Positions 36,551-49,697 of a stretch of DNA of 64,000 nucleotides are shown one piece after another. Origin of the DNA: Octopus vulgaris (Eukaryota); contig OX597820.1 of the NCBI GenBank assembly GCA_951406725.2, forward strand, positions 123,070,001-123,134,000, in the 5' to 3' direction. Both the position numbers and the translations under genes were made by a program. Under the pieces are notes generated by a model, which did not search any database, had not been told where the DNA came from, and saw only the letters and a program-made list of their open reading frames with translations. Within the stretch, counting starts at the first letter, position 1, and every line of letters starts with the position of its first letter.

Positions 36551-38220
36551 CTTTCGGTAAAGAGGAACAGAAGTGGAATTGTAGATCAGAAAATAAAAAA
36601 AAGCATATATAAATATTGCATCAAATAATCCTGAATGTTTTAATTTCATTTCTGCCAGCTCACCATTTTCGCTTCGTTGATACAGATAGTAGAAAGAAAT
36701 TATTTTGTGATATTCAAGCCGAAAATGTCTGGGAGTTAGAATTATATTCTTTTTTATTTTGATATGTATTTTTCAACATCTAGCGCCAAAGAATTTGTTC
36801 TGATACTTTCAGATGAATGAAGATTAAATGGAATAAAACTGAAATTGGAGATAAAGACAGGTCTTTCAGATAATGTCAATGATCTTACTTGCAACTTCAC
36901 TGAGGTTCAAATACTCTTAATCTGCTGAAGATTATAATATTTGGTTCGGATTGATAACTGGTAAAAGAGAACCATTTTGAAAGCCACGTTAATACAGGGA
37001 TGAAATATATTTGAAGAGAAAATGATAAGCTAAATGAAAAATGTGTTCAATTTTGTAAAAATGTTACTTTATTTCAGGCATTTCACTATTAGAATTTACT
37101 AAAATACTTTGGTATATCTCTTTCATACATACTTAAGTATAATCCGCATTAAGGAAAAATAAGGAAATAACGGTAACTTTATTCAGGTTGTTAAAGAGTA
37201 AGAAATGAAAGCATAGAAAAACAACATAGAGATATAGTCTACGGACTATCAGTATATTAGTCTCTTCAAACTACTTTACAGGATATAATTTCTTTCAAAT
37301 TCCCCTGTGGTAGCTAAAATGCTAACACAAGAAATGAATAGACGTGCGGTCAATGTTACCATATGAGTGGAACTCAACGATGTAGCAGTGACCTGGAACT
37401 GGAAAATTCTTGGGGGAAAATTTCAACTGTATCAAAGAGAAAAAAAACATTCTAAAAGTTTGGAGACTATAGATATATGTATGCTCGTGTGTTAGTTTGT
37501 GTGTGTGTGTTTGTGTATGTGTTTTAGAGTACCAGGGCTGTTTCTAATTTCTTTTCATTTTTATAAATTGTGATTTGAATTTATTGTGTATATTTGTTAG
37601 ATTTCCAGGCGGCCCGGTATGTATGTGATAGCTTGACAATCTCAACTTTAGTCAATGGAAAATTTATGTGAATTCGACCTACCTATAACAGTTACCACCA
37701 ACTTTAGGAAAGTCGACTCCTTGGATCTAAGCTTTACTCGTCGAGTTAGGCACGTACTGCCCCTATAAAATGTCAAACCAATCCATTACAGTAAATAGAA
37801 ACCTGATTTCATGTAACAGTAAAGGAATTTTTAATTTATCGACAAACAGAGGGAGGTAACAGGTCTTCACCCTATTGTAACAAGGCAGTACTGAGGAATG
37901 GTTTTACTAATAAGTTGATCCATAGCTCACATCTCGAAAAGCGCTGGAAAAAAACCGGATAATTTGGTTTAATCGTCAATTCAATCAAGTTGTTTCCATT
38001 AATATATCTTGGTTTCTGACGATGGTATAACAGCAATTCATAAGAATACATAGATGCCATAAACACTTTAATTTCTATAAGACACTGCTACTTGCAACAT
38101 TACACGGTATAAAACAATGAGATACACATCTATCCAGTCATCGCGGCCATACTTCAGTTTTAGAGTGCCGTCCCAGTATGACTGCAGTCCAGTACTAATA
38201 TATATATATATATATATATA

Positions 38221-38800
38221 TTGGCCTCTACAGGAACTGCTGGCAATATCAAGAGGTGCCAACAGCCACACGCTAGGTAGGTTCAGAAAGGACCACACAA
38301 GCACCATGAACTCCCTCGGACTGAGGGACCAACCTACAGTGACCAACCTGAAAACGATAGATTTCCTTGACGCAACCCTAGACCTGGTATCTTTATCCTT
38401 TACAGAAAGAAAACAGACCAACGAACACAGCTATGTACACTTACACCCCGGATAAAATTATGTATATGATACCACTACACACATCATACACCCCATCCCA
38501 ACAGGAGCACCACATTAATTATACACATGTTCCCCACTTCAAAACAACTCTTGCCGGCTTCATAGCATGCCCAACCAAGGGATATAACTCCCATGGCTCC
38601 TGTTTCGTATTTGCCACCTTTTTTCACTGCAGCCGCTGACCGGTTGTGCAACCTCCGACAATAGCAAGCAGTCGCCATATTCCCTCCCATATCGGCTGAC
38701 TCTGATGAACGTAAAGTTATATAATCGGATTGTTACCTCACATTCCATTGTATTCTTTACACGAAACCGATAGGTAAGATCAGCTGTGATGGATATTTAA
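38221..38800 (+). mobile_element. Degenerate, internally deleted Penelope-like element (second family, possibly Naiad-like)
   Basis: GRFRKD...LGL...TVTNLKTIDFLDATLDL....RKQTNEHSYVH resembles the PLE RT 'FLD' region. Hammerhead at the 3' end; between (TA)n tracts. Confidence 0.6.
38693..38786 (+). ncRNA. Type-I hammerhead ribozyme with a long stem II
   Basis: CGGCTGACT-CTGATGA-AC GTAAAG...CTTTAC AC-GAAA-CC GATA GG-TA-AGATCAGCTG. Canonical core, GUA cleavage triplet, 9-bp stem I with one bulge. Confidence 0.75.
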
Positions 38801-40251
38801 TACTATACTTTTCGGATTATATATATATATATATATATATATATACTCATTATATACGTCTATATATTTATTTACTGTATCTATGTCACTATGTCTAGTG
38901 TTGATGAGGATAAGCTTATATGCTGGTATATCAAAGCATGTGACATAAAATGAAGTACGCCACAGGTGCTTTATCGTCTTTCCAGCCAAAACATTTTAGT
39001 ATACCTTACACGAGTCCTAGATGTATTAATAATAGATAGCATATCAACTGTGTTATGAAATATGAGAGTCACCAAAACGTTATCCAATAAACTTTGTGGC
39101 AGAAACTATGGAAGCCTACCTGCTAAAGTTTTGGCAATACTTTGTGGTTTGAAGCTCCTGGATGCTGATTGTTACCAGATTTTGTTGCAAGCATTCATCC
39201 AAAATCTACTGTCATTGGATAACTAACCCATGACTCGAGTTTTCTAACTATTTTTCTTCTCCCATTGTGCGATTTTCAGCCAAGTAGGTATCGGATATCA
39301 GTCTGACTTCTCTGCTTTAGTCTTAAAACAGTTTATTTAGCAAAAATAGGCTCGGAGATATATTGGATTTTGACGATAACTGACTTGATTATCTATAGAA
39401 TAATCAACTTTTGGGATCAATCATTTCTAAAGCACTTCACACATTGAAATCTGAGATATCTTGCGATGACAGGAAACTAAACTTTCAGAAAAGTTATTTT
39501 CTTAGAATTCCTCCTAACCCACCCCCACCACCACCACCACCATCACCGCGACTCCATACAGACCCGAATCCACGATATTAGTATCTGTCCCCAAAATGTC
39601 TTTGCTAATGATCGCAACTTTTTCAATAACTTTGTTGCATCGCTGCAGATGTTAATTCACTGTGGAACATCGAATTAACAAGGTCGATATTAATTCATCT
39701 CGTGGGATTGCATAAGTATATTTCTGTAGCTCATTAGGGGGCGAGAGCAACAAATCTAAAGTCGACATTAACTGTTGTATCGACTAAACATAACAAAATA
39801 GCAAACAATATTTACTGTAGAAAATCCATAATTATTGGTGGAAAAACAGAGCAGCGTATGTTTTTAGTAGCGAGTAAGTTAATTATTTCTAAAATCTAAG
39901 AAGCTAAGAAAATTCGTTTATTTTTAATTTCATTGTTTTACTGATTATAGATAACACCGTGGCGCCGGCATAATTGTTGGTCCTAATCTTTACACATCGC
40001 CACGTCGCCTTCTCTTCCCTTTCCAAATTGATATCTTATGTGAACACTTTATCACACACACACACGCACGCACACATTGGCAGATGTGTGTTCTCCTTTC
40101 CTCACATCTACATCTATTGATCCCAAATATATCAAAATATTTTGTAATATAAACCAAAATGACGATTTCTTGTTGTCCTCTTCACGACAGATGAAAGGAC
40201 GGAATTATTTTATTGATTATTGATTTTACTTTTGATACTGGTTCTGTGGAC

Positions 40252-40980
40252 ACTTCTTCTGCTCCTCCTCTTCTCTTCTTCTTTTTCTTCTTCTTCTTCC
40301 TCTTCTCCTTCTCTTCCTCCTCCTCATCTTCTTCTTCCTCTTCTTCTCCTCCTCTTCTTCCTCTTCTCCTCCTCTTCTCCTCCTCTTCCTCATCATCTTC
40401 TTCTTCTCCTCCTCTTCCTCATCATCTTCTTCTTCTCCTCCTCTTCCTCATCATCATCTTCTTCTTCTTCCACTTCTCTTCTTCATCTTCTTCTTCTTCT
40501 TCCACTTCTCTTACTCCTCTTCTTCCACTTCTCCTCATCTTCTTTTTCTTCCTCTTCTTCTCCTCTTCCTCATCTTCTTCTTCTTCCACTTCCCTTCCTC
40601 ATCATCTTCTTCTTCTCCTCCTCTTCCTCATCATCTTCTTCTTCTTCTTCCACTTCTCTTCTTCATCTTCTTCTTCTTCTTCCACTTCTCTTACTCCTCT
40701 TCTTCCACTTCTCCTCATCTTCTTTTTCTTCCTCTTCTTCTCCTCTTCCTCATCTTCTTCTTCTTCCACTTCTCTTCCTCATCTTCTTCCACTTCTCTTC
40801 CTCATCTTCTTCTTCCACTTCTCTTCCTCATCTCCTCTTCTTTCTCTTCTTCTCCTCTTCCTCATCTTCTTCTTCTTCTTCTTCCTCTTCTCCTCCTCTT
40901 CCTCATCTTCTTCTTCTCCTCTCCCTCCTCTTTTTCCTCTTTTTCTTCTTCTTTTTCTTCTCCTCTTCTTCTTCTTCTTA
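40252..40980. repeat. ~730-bp polypyrimidine/polypurine (TCT/TCC)n tract with a 180-bp higher-order duplication
   Basis: 40411-40590 is repeated at 40591-40770. Almost no G on the + strand. Confidence 0.95.
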
Positions 40981-41007
40981 ATATGTTTTCTCTTTCTTTT
41001 TCTTTCT

Positions 41008-41063
41008 GTCTCGCTCATCACTGATGAGTCTCGTTCATCACTGATGAGTCTCGCTCATCACTG
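41008..41063. repeat. 20-bp tandem repeat (2.8 copies) with internal palindrome CTCATCA-C-TGATGAG
   Basis: GTCTCGCTCATCACTGATGA repeated. Confidence 0.9.
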
Positions 41064-41409
41064 TTAAATCTATTCCAGATGAATATTCCATTCCCTTATG
41101 ATTTATTCCCGCTTTACATTAACTTCTCTCACACCATCTCATATTCTTATTACTTATTTACAGTTTTTTGCTCTTTCTGTTTTGTTTTGTTTTTTTTTCT
41201 TGTGAAAGATTAGTTTCTCAACATTTTCGGCTTTTTTTTTTGTATCTACTCGTTCTTGAGTTTTGTTGTTATTGTCGTTAACATGATGAAGATTCTGGGC
41301 AGTGAAACCTAAAACCAATGCTTTCGGCGATAATGAATTACCAGTTCAATACGAATACCTCGTTATCTCTTGCACTCATCATCGCCCAATACACACTCCT
41401 CGTTACCAA

Positions 41410-41939
41410 TTTTCAGTTTTTGGGATGCAAAAGGCATTATGTTTATTGACTACCTTCAAAAGCGTCACACCATCAATGAAAAATACAATGCCAAATATCT
41501 GAGGCAGTTACGACAGGGTATCAAAACCAAATACCCTACAAAATTGACGAAAGAGTGGGGTCTTGTTTCATTAGGACAACGCTCCAGAAAAACGTTTTTG
41601 GTTTCAATGGTCGCTGCGTATAACTGTGACTTTGAACTGGTTGATCCGCCTCCCTATTCTCCTGATTTGGCCCTTTCTAACAATCATCTCTTCCACAATA
41701 TAAATTTTAAAAAAAAAAACACATAGTTGGGTAGCAGTATCGCTGTGGTGATGGTTTCATATCTGTTACTGATAACATTTTTAACCAACAGGATAAAAGC
41801 TCCTTCAGCAATGGGATCCAATCACTGATGGAAGAAGTGTGTGGAGTGCAAGGGGAACATGTTGAAGAGTAAATCTCATTTGGTCACATTCCATGAGAGT
41901 ATCTTGGTCAGCCTATGAACTTTTCAGCCGAGCCTCGTA
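41410..41939 (+). mobile_element. Mariner (Tc1/mariner) transposase remnant with 3' TIR and TA
   Basis: FWDAKGIMFIDYLQK..TINEKY...GLVS/FH*DNAP...ELVDPPPYSPDLALS. End TGAACTTTTCAGCCGAGCCTCG|TA. Confidence 0.9.
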
Positions 41940-42167
41940 CATATACACACAAAGTCACCTCCGCCTCATTTCTCTCTCTCTCTAAATATCTATATCCACT
42001 GACAATTTAGCTCATGGGCCAACATCAGAGGCTCTGTGTGATCGGCCTAAACAAAGCACAACAAATTTAATGCTGAACAAACAATGGCTACTGGAAATAG
42101 AAGAAAATCATTTTTGGACGCTAGTGTGTTCGAGCAAAGCTGACGCTAAGCTAAACATTTTTTTAAA

Positions 42168-42548
42168 TTTCTTTATTGCCCACAGGGGGGCAAACATAGA
42201 GGGGACAAACAAGAACAGACAAGGGAATTAAGTCGATTGCAGTGATTAACTGGTACTTATTTAATCGACCCCGAAAGGATGAAACGCAAAGTCGACCTCG
42301 GCGGAATTTGAACTCAGAACGTTGCGGCAGACGAAATGCCTATTTCTTTACTACCCACAAGGAGCTATACACAGAGGGGACAAACAAGGACAGACAAACG
42401 GATTAAGTCGATTACATCGACCCCAGTGCGTAACTGGTACTTATTTAATCGATCCCGAAAGGATGAAAAGCAAAGTCGAACTCGGTGGAATTTGAACTCA
42501 GAACGTAACAGCAGACAAAACGGTGTGCTAGCGATTCTGCCAGCTCGC
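42168..42548 (-). mobile_element. SINE family B dimer
   Basis: Two units with the same junction as the 29.2-30.0 kb array. Confidence 0.88.
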
Positions 42549-43559
42549 TAAACATTAAAAAGAAGAATTGAATATTTTAATTTCTAAATTATTCATACGT
42601 TAAAACTTATGTTACAACTCACCCACCAGCGAGTTGTGTATGTCAGTTTGTAGTTTACTTGGATAATTTTAATAATAGAGAAATTTAGCTTTACCATTCT
42701 CATATTACTGTCTATCATGTTTGCATCCGTCAAACCGCAAGTGTCAGATCTTTAAGCTTTATCAAAATAGGTTGCCTCAGGCGTGACAATGGGATAATGA
42801 GATTAACCTATTGATATAGCAGATCTCAGAAATGCTAAGCATTATACAGGTATAAAAGCGCTGGTGACAGTCTCATAAACTATTGGAAAGATGTAAACAT
42901 TACTTAAAGACATTCTCTTCCTGAGGTGATTTTGAGGCAAACATCTCTAAACAAACCGGGATTTGATGGCGTTTAATGCTTCTGTTTTGTACTTCATAGT
43001 AAGTAAACGCACGCCAAATGTATTGTGAGATAAATTTTATAGGATAGCTCTTCAATAAGACTTGGACTTGGAGCGAAATGGCAACAAGGAATACAATACT
43101 TGCAGTGTAATGTTCATCAACAGAACTATTTCTGCCATTAAATGAAGTCTCATCTACTAATCACGTTTGAGATTCCAATGTCCTTCATACAAACATAAAT
43201 TGTATAGACACACACATATTGTCATATAAACAGATGCACACACACACACATACATACAGGCCTACATACATACATACATACATACATACAGACAGACATA
43301 CATACATACATACATACATACAATACATACATACATACATACATACATACATACATGCATACATACATACATACATACATACATACATACATACATACGT
43401 ACATACATCACCATTTATAAACGATTAAGTGAATATTTGGTTTCGAGTTACACTTGATAAAGTGGACGGTACCTACCCCAAGATACTTTAAGTGGAGATG
43501 AGTCACACGCTTACAGACACACACACACACTCATACTCACACACACATATACACACTTA

Positions 43560-43595
<36 letters not shown>

Positions 43596-43752
43596 AATAT
43601 ATATGTAGTCTCAGTAGCTTCTGTGTATCAGTCAAAATACATATTAAAATGGAGAATTATAGAAATACTATTTGCAGAATTATTGTATAACAAAACAGGG
43701 AAATTGGGAAGATTTTCGTATTATTTATTCACCGTTACACGTGTTTCACATA

Positions 43753-43856
43753 CTAATAGGAATTACAAAGTTTGACATGTGAGATAGGCATGTGAAGAAT
43801 TTCTAATAGAAAATTCCTTACATACCTCACATGTAAATCTTTGTAATACCAATTAG
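43753..43856. repeat. ~50-bp-arm imperfect hairpin
   Basis: CTAATAGGAATTACAAAGTTTGACATGTGAG...GAATTTCTA pairs with TAGAAAATTC...CTCACATGTAAATCTTTGTAATACCAATTAG. Confidence 0.75.
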
Positions 43857-43908
43857 AAAATGAAATTTCCGGATTTCTGTTTTGTTATACACATGCACAC
43901 ATACAAAC

Positions 43909-43994
<86 letters not shown>

Positions 43995-44032
43995 TTAACA
44001 GCAACAACAACAACAACAGCAACAACAACAAC

Positions 44033-44138
<106 letters not shown>

Positions 44139-44569
44139 GGGAGTATATCCAAACTTACAGGGAAAAGTTAGATTTAGGATTAAATCAAATTTCACAGAAT
44201 AAATATTAATTAAATAAGAGATAAAACCACTATTAAGCAACTCAAACAGTGATAGACATAAACCAAAACATAAAAAACAAAAAATAAATATAATTAATAT
44301 AATATATATATAAAATATAAGATATAAAATTTTGAAATTAAAATTTTTTTTAATTTTTATATTTAAAAATTTTTAAATCTTTAAATCTTTAAACTTAATT
44401 TTTTTTATATATATAACTAACCAAAAAGTATAAACAATTTAAATATAATATAATAAGTATATATATATATATACATACATATATACACACAATCCAAACA
44501 TGAACAAGCAAGAAAAAACAACAACGCGAGAACGTGGAATAAGTAGCGTTGCGCGAACAAATCCACCAC

Positions 44570-44822
44570 AGAATTTATTCTTTCCAAGCTGGGTACTTAT
44601 TCTATCAGAGTCTTTGACGATCTGCTATATTATGGGAACGTAAACACAGCAACATCGGTTGGCAAGCAATTGTGGGGGTACGAACAGACACAGGCGCACA
44701 GATACACACACACGCCCCCAAAACCACACACACACAAATATATATACATATATAGGACAGTCTTCTTTTAGTTTCCTTGTACGAAATACACTCACATGGC
44801 TTTGGTCGGCCTGAGGCTATAA
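44570..44822 (-). mobile_element. Diverged SINE family A fragment
   Basis: GTACTTATTCTATC...GTAAACACAGCAACATCGGTTGGCAAGC...CACTCACATGGCTTTGGTCGGCC. Confidence 0.7.
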
Positions 44823-44938
44823 TGTATGTATATATACATAAATATATATATATATATATACATATGTGTGTGTGTGTATGTGTGAGTGTGTGTGTGTGTA
44901 TGTATATATGTATATATGTATATATATATATATGTATG

Positions 44939-44969
<31 letters not shown>

Positions 44970-44971
<2 letters not shown>

Positions 44972-45267
44972 TGAAGTATATTTGGCATTTAAATGTGGAT
45001 AACCCCTAAGGATGGATGCTACTGTAGCTTGTAGCCCCAGGAAGACACCTCCTCCAGGTGGCTATTGACACACTTTCTGTGCCCTATCAGTATTTGCAAA
45101 GGGAAGCCAACATTCCCCTCTTCAACCTATGATACACACGGACTCCCTTTGCAAATACTGATAGTTTGTCAATAGACAGCTGGAGGAGGTGTCCCCCTGG
45201 GGCTACAAGCTACAGTAGCAACCACCCTTAAGGGTTAGCCACATTTAAGTGGCAAAAATACTTCACG
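44970..45267. mobile_element. Fold-back MITE: ~130-bp inverted arms, ~40-nt loop, inserted in (TA)n
   Basis: CGTGAAGTAT.TTTG.CA.TTAAATGTGG.TAACCC.TAAGG...GCTACTGTAGCTTGTAGCCCCAGG..GACACCTCCTCCAG...CTATCAGTATTTGCAAAGGGA is mirrored. Confidence 0.92.
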
Positions 45268-46091
45268 ATATATATATTCCTCCCTCTCCACTAGTGTTTG
45301 TGTGCATGTGTCTGTATGTATGTGTGCACGCATGGATGTATGAGTGTGTTTGTGTATGTATGTGTGTATATCAATCAATCTAAATGTGTGTGTGTGTGTG
45401 TGTGTGTGATCGAAAGAGAAATGAGACCCAATATCTTACACAATATTTGAGACAGCTCAACACAGTGACCAACAGAAATTTATAAAAAAGCATTAACAAT
45501 ATGCGATGGTGCCCCAGCATTGCCGCGACATTCGGGCTAAAACATTTTTAAGGATTTAAGGAATATAATTTATCGCTCTAACGTTATCAGTAAAACGACA
45601 AGAAGAAAAACCCATTTCACAGGCAAAGGAACGGGACTATCAGTTACAAACTTGCCCCAGGAGAGAGCGAGCATTTATCTGTATACATCAGGTTTACCAT
45701 TCTCCACTATAATTCTTTCAGGCACCAGCACATCATCACATACTTGTCTGATCAAGTATAAAACTGGCGTGACACATTGCTGTAACACCCATTAAGCACC
45801 TTCTCTTCTAACATTCGTAGAGTCACGCCCCTCATTTATCTCTGCTTCGTCGCACATATTTATCTATCTATCCATTTGGCTATCAATCTCTCTCGCTCTC
45901 TTCATATATATATATACATATCTTCTTTTATATAAAATATACCTTAGATCCAAGTTGAATTAGGTACTTAAATAGAAGCACCGTCTTAGGACGAACTTAT
46001 CTGCACATTCAGACACTATTAGGTATCAAATTAATATTATCTGTAGTGTATTTTTATGTTTGTTACAACCCTGGACGAAGCAGCCCAATGG

Positions 46092-46402
46092 TGGAGGCAC
46101 ATGGCCTAGTGGTTAGAGCAGCGGACATGCGGTAGAGGGATCGCCAGTTCGAATCTCAGACCGGGCGATGTGTGTGTTTATGAGCAAAAACACCTAAGTT
46201 CCACGCGGCTCCGGCAGAAGGTAATGGCAAAAATTCTGCTGACTCTTTCGCCACAACTTTCTCTCACTCTTTCCTCCTGCATCATGCAGCTCATCTGCGA
46301 CGGACCGGCGTCCCGTCCAGGTGGGGAACCTGTACGCCAAGGAAACCGGGAAACCGACCCTTATGAGCCAGGCATGGATCGAGAAGGAACAAACAAACAA
46401 CA
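46092..46402 (+). mobile_element. SINE family D
   Basis: Matches 32098-32405. Confidence 0.88.
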
Positions 46403-46687
46403 AAAGCAGCACAGAAGATATTGGTCGGTTGCATGTGCAACTGCCCATACTCTGCGCACAGGAAGAACGTGTAGGTCATAATTACCATAAAATACGTTGT
46501 ATGAAATTGTAAAATAAAAGGAAATAAATTTGATGAGGTATCAGTCTCCATATGCTATATCCTTATAAGTATTGCTTGTCTGTGTGTGTGTGTGTGTGTC
46601 CATTAATGCTTGTTCTTCTGTTTAGTTATAAAAAAATAAGCTGAGGGGTCACTCTACACTTTTGTGGAGTACAAATTTATTATTCTT

Positions 46688-47100
46688 AGGAGTGGCTGTG
46701 TGGTAAGTAATTTGCTTACCAACTGCATGGTTCCGGGTTCAGTCTCACTGCGTGGCACCTTGGGCAAGTGTCTTCTACTGCAGCCTCGGGCCGACCAACG
46801 CCTTGTGAGTGGATTTGGTAGACGGAAACTGAAAGAAGTCCGTCGTATATATGTGTATATATATATATATGCATATGTGTGTATATGTTCGTGTGTCTGT
46901 GTTTGTCCTCCCAACATCGCTTGACAACCGATGCTGGTGTGTTTACGTTCCTATAACTTAGCACTTCGGCAAACGTGACCGATAGAATAAGTACTAGGCT
47001 TACAAAGAATAAGTCCTGGGGTCGATTTGCTCGACTAAAGGCGGTGCTCCAGCATAACCACAGTCAAATGACTAAAACAGATAGAAGAGTAAAAGAGTAA
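46688..47100 (+). mobile_element. SINE family A, near full length
   Basis: Matches 12315-12732. Confidence 0.92.
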
Positions 47101-47379
47101 GCGTGTAATTGACTATGACTTCGAAGTTTCGACTAGTAAAACACTAGACAATATGTCGGCATTATAAAATTCTACTCTGTATGGAAGTTACATGTCCCCT
47201 TGAGATCAGAAAATATTTTATCCCCATCAGTTGATGACTCGCTATAATACTAACAACAGCCCAGGATGTAGTATTGCTCTCGCATCTAGAGATTTGCCGT
47301 TGCTACCCAGGAGGAAATAAATTACCCAACATTCTGTCATCGCACAGTATCCAATACTGTGATTCCGTAGACTGAAGAT

Positions 47380-48660
47380 GCTGTGTTTACCGGTGATCTG
47401 CCCTTTCTGTCAAATCACAACAAATTCTTCAGACACTACTTTACGCAGAAGACGTGTGTTCAAAGTAAAACCGACTTTTACAATACACCAACATTATAAG
47501 GCATTTTTAAAGGTTCCGGATGTTTCGTCATGTTCGGTCGTATCGAACCCAATGTTTCCATTGACAACAAGGACAAACTTTATGTTTGATTCTTGCAGCT
47601 GCCTCATCTTGGCGACCTCAATTCTCAGGTTTCCATATTTATCATCTTTTCTGGCATTGCCGTACCGATTATAAGGCACTCTTCTTAATCCCACCTAAAG
47701 ATTACTATATTCAGTGCTCTTAACATTGTTTGTGTGAAAGTCAGGTTCTTTGCCTTACCCTTTTCGTTAATTACCTTTTCTGGTATATGTTGGTACCAAC
47801 TCGTATCCATAGCGAAACCTCGTCTCTGGCATATTTAACCAATGAATGTTTTGGCCTACCCGGTCGTGTCTGCGCCTCTACTCTTTCCCCGCAAGACTTT
47901 CGTAAGCACTAACAATGTGAATCACGCTTCCGACCTCCTTTCTACACATTCTGAGATGTGTTGCACATTATCTGGTATATATCTCTTTTCAATGAGTTGG
48001 TCTTCAATGCCTGATCCTAGGCAGCAATGATTAAGCTTTCAGGCTTCTTTTTAAAGTCACCTTTCTGAGTCACCTCCATGATGCTTCCTGATCTTTTAAG
48101 TTGTTAGTTTCACTTTGAAACCGACCATGTAACTTCCATACGGAGTAGAATACATTAATACTCTCAAATCCATTTCTGGTAAATCCTTCTGCATTAGCAG
48201 CATACTGAACTGGGTTTTGTTTGCTGTTTACCAGATACTCTACCATATTTCTTCTTTCACTGTTGATGTACTCCCGTACAGTCGATTATCACAAGGTGGA
48301 CCTTTGGATTCTTTTCGGCATCCCTTATTTTCCACTGGAAGTTGATTGTTTTCCGCAAGGAAAATATATTTTTCTGTGTGGGGATGTCACTTAGCACTTT
48401 CCATAAGATGCTAAGACACGTAATGAGCCGATAATTACTAATCTCACTGCCCTTTGACCAATCTTTCAACAATGCTTCTCTCTCTCTCAACAAGTTATTC
48501 TGTAACTGCACCACTATGTAGGCAATTATCTAATTGCAGCACAATTCGTTTGTGTCTTGACCTAAACTACTTCAGCTAGAAACCTTGGATCCTGTCTGGT
48601 CTTGCCTCTTTCCAGCTTCGCAGTTTTGATACCTGTATAATTACATCTTCTAATATTATG
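47380..48660 (-). pseudogene. Old degenerate R4/Dong LINE
   Basis: SKGSEISNYRLITCLSILWKVLS; DKYGNLRIEVAKMRQL...FVLVVNGNIG. Confidence 0.7.
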
Positions 48661-48669
48661 CGTACATGG

Positions 48670-49514
48670 TACTTATTATTTTATTTTTCCTTCTTTCTTC
48701 AAATCCGTTTCTCGCCGAGTGTTTTCCATACACCTAGGGCAGAGAAGCTCATTGTATGTATTCCCAGATTACACAAGCAAATTCACAGGTAAAATATGTA
48801 TTTAAAAAATGAATAAATAAATAAATTCATGAATGGATATTGTTTTCACAGCGATAATGCTCTTCTCAGTACATGAGCCGTTCCAGTTAATACGATGTTT
48901 TGCACTTCCTGTAGGGATGGTAAGCCTGGTATCATTTTCAAATAGGTTTCAGTACCTTTTTTTATCATTCCTAGAGCTCCTACAATCACTGGTGCTGTAG
49001 TTGCCTTGAGATGCGACATTTTTTCAATTTCTATTAGCAAGTCTTTATATTTACTGATCTTGTCAAATTCTTTCGCCGCTATATTGTGATCGCAAGGGAT
49101 ACTCATGTCAATTAATAAACACATCCTTTTTGTCCGATCTTTTATAATAATATCCGGTTTATTAGCTTTTATAGTTTTGTCGGTCTGTACGGGGAAGTCC
49201 CATAGAATCGACACATTTTCTCCCTCAGTCACAGCTTCAGGATGGTGTTTATACCATTTGTCAGCGGTTTTGATTTTATAATGCCGACATATTGTCTAGT
49301 GTAGATACTGGCCAACTCTGTCATGTCTTGCTTTATATTCTACAGGTGCTAAGACTCTACATCCTGAGATTAGGTGGTCTATTGTTTCAATCTCATCGTT
49401 ACAGAATCGGCATTTTGGGTCAGCTCCATTTTTCATCACATTGGCTTGGTAGTTCTGGGTTAATAAGCTTTGGTCTTGAGCAGCTAATATGAAACCTTCA
49501 CTTTCCGCTTTCAC
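48670..49514 (-). mobile_element. 5'-truncated R4/Dong LINE (CCHC plus PD-(D/E)xK restriction-like endonuclease) with 3' UTR
   Basis: ESEGFILAAQDQSL...CRFC...ETIDHLISGC...RHD; LWDFPVQTD...NKPDIII...LIDMSIP...EFDKISKY...IVGALG. One internal stop. Abuts (ATT)n. Confidence 0.93.
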
Positions 49515-49551
<37 letters not shown>

Positions 49552-49570
49552 ATTATTATTATTATTATTA

Positions 49571-49697
<127 letters not shown>

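Noticed and set aside
41008-41063. CTGATGAG repeats as a hammerhead, C/D-box RNA or CRISPR array
   Set aside because: No downstream GAAA or stem III, no unique spacers, no cas genes; it is a simple 20-bp tandem repeat.
40213-41067. 284-aa and 253-aa S/F/L-rich ORFs
   Set aside because: A pyrimidine-only tract lacks stop codons for compositional reasons.
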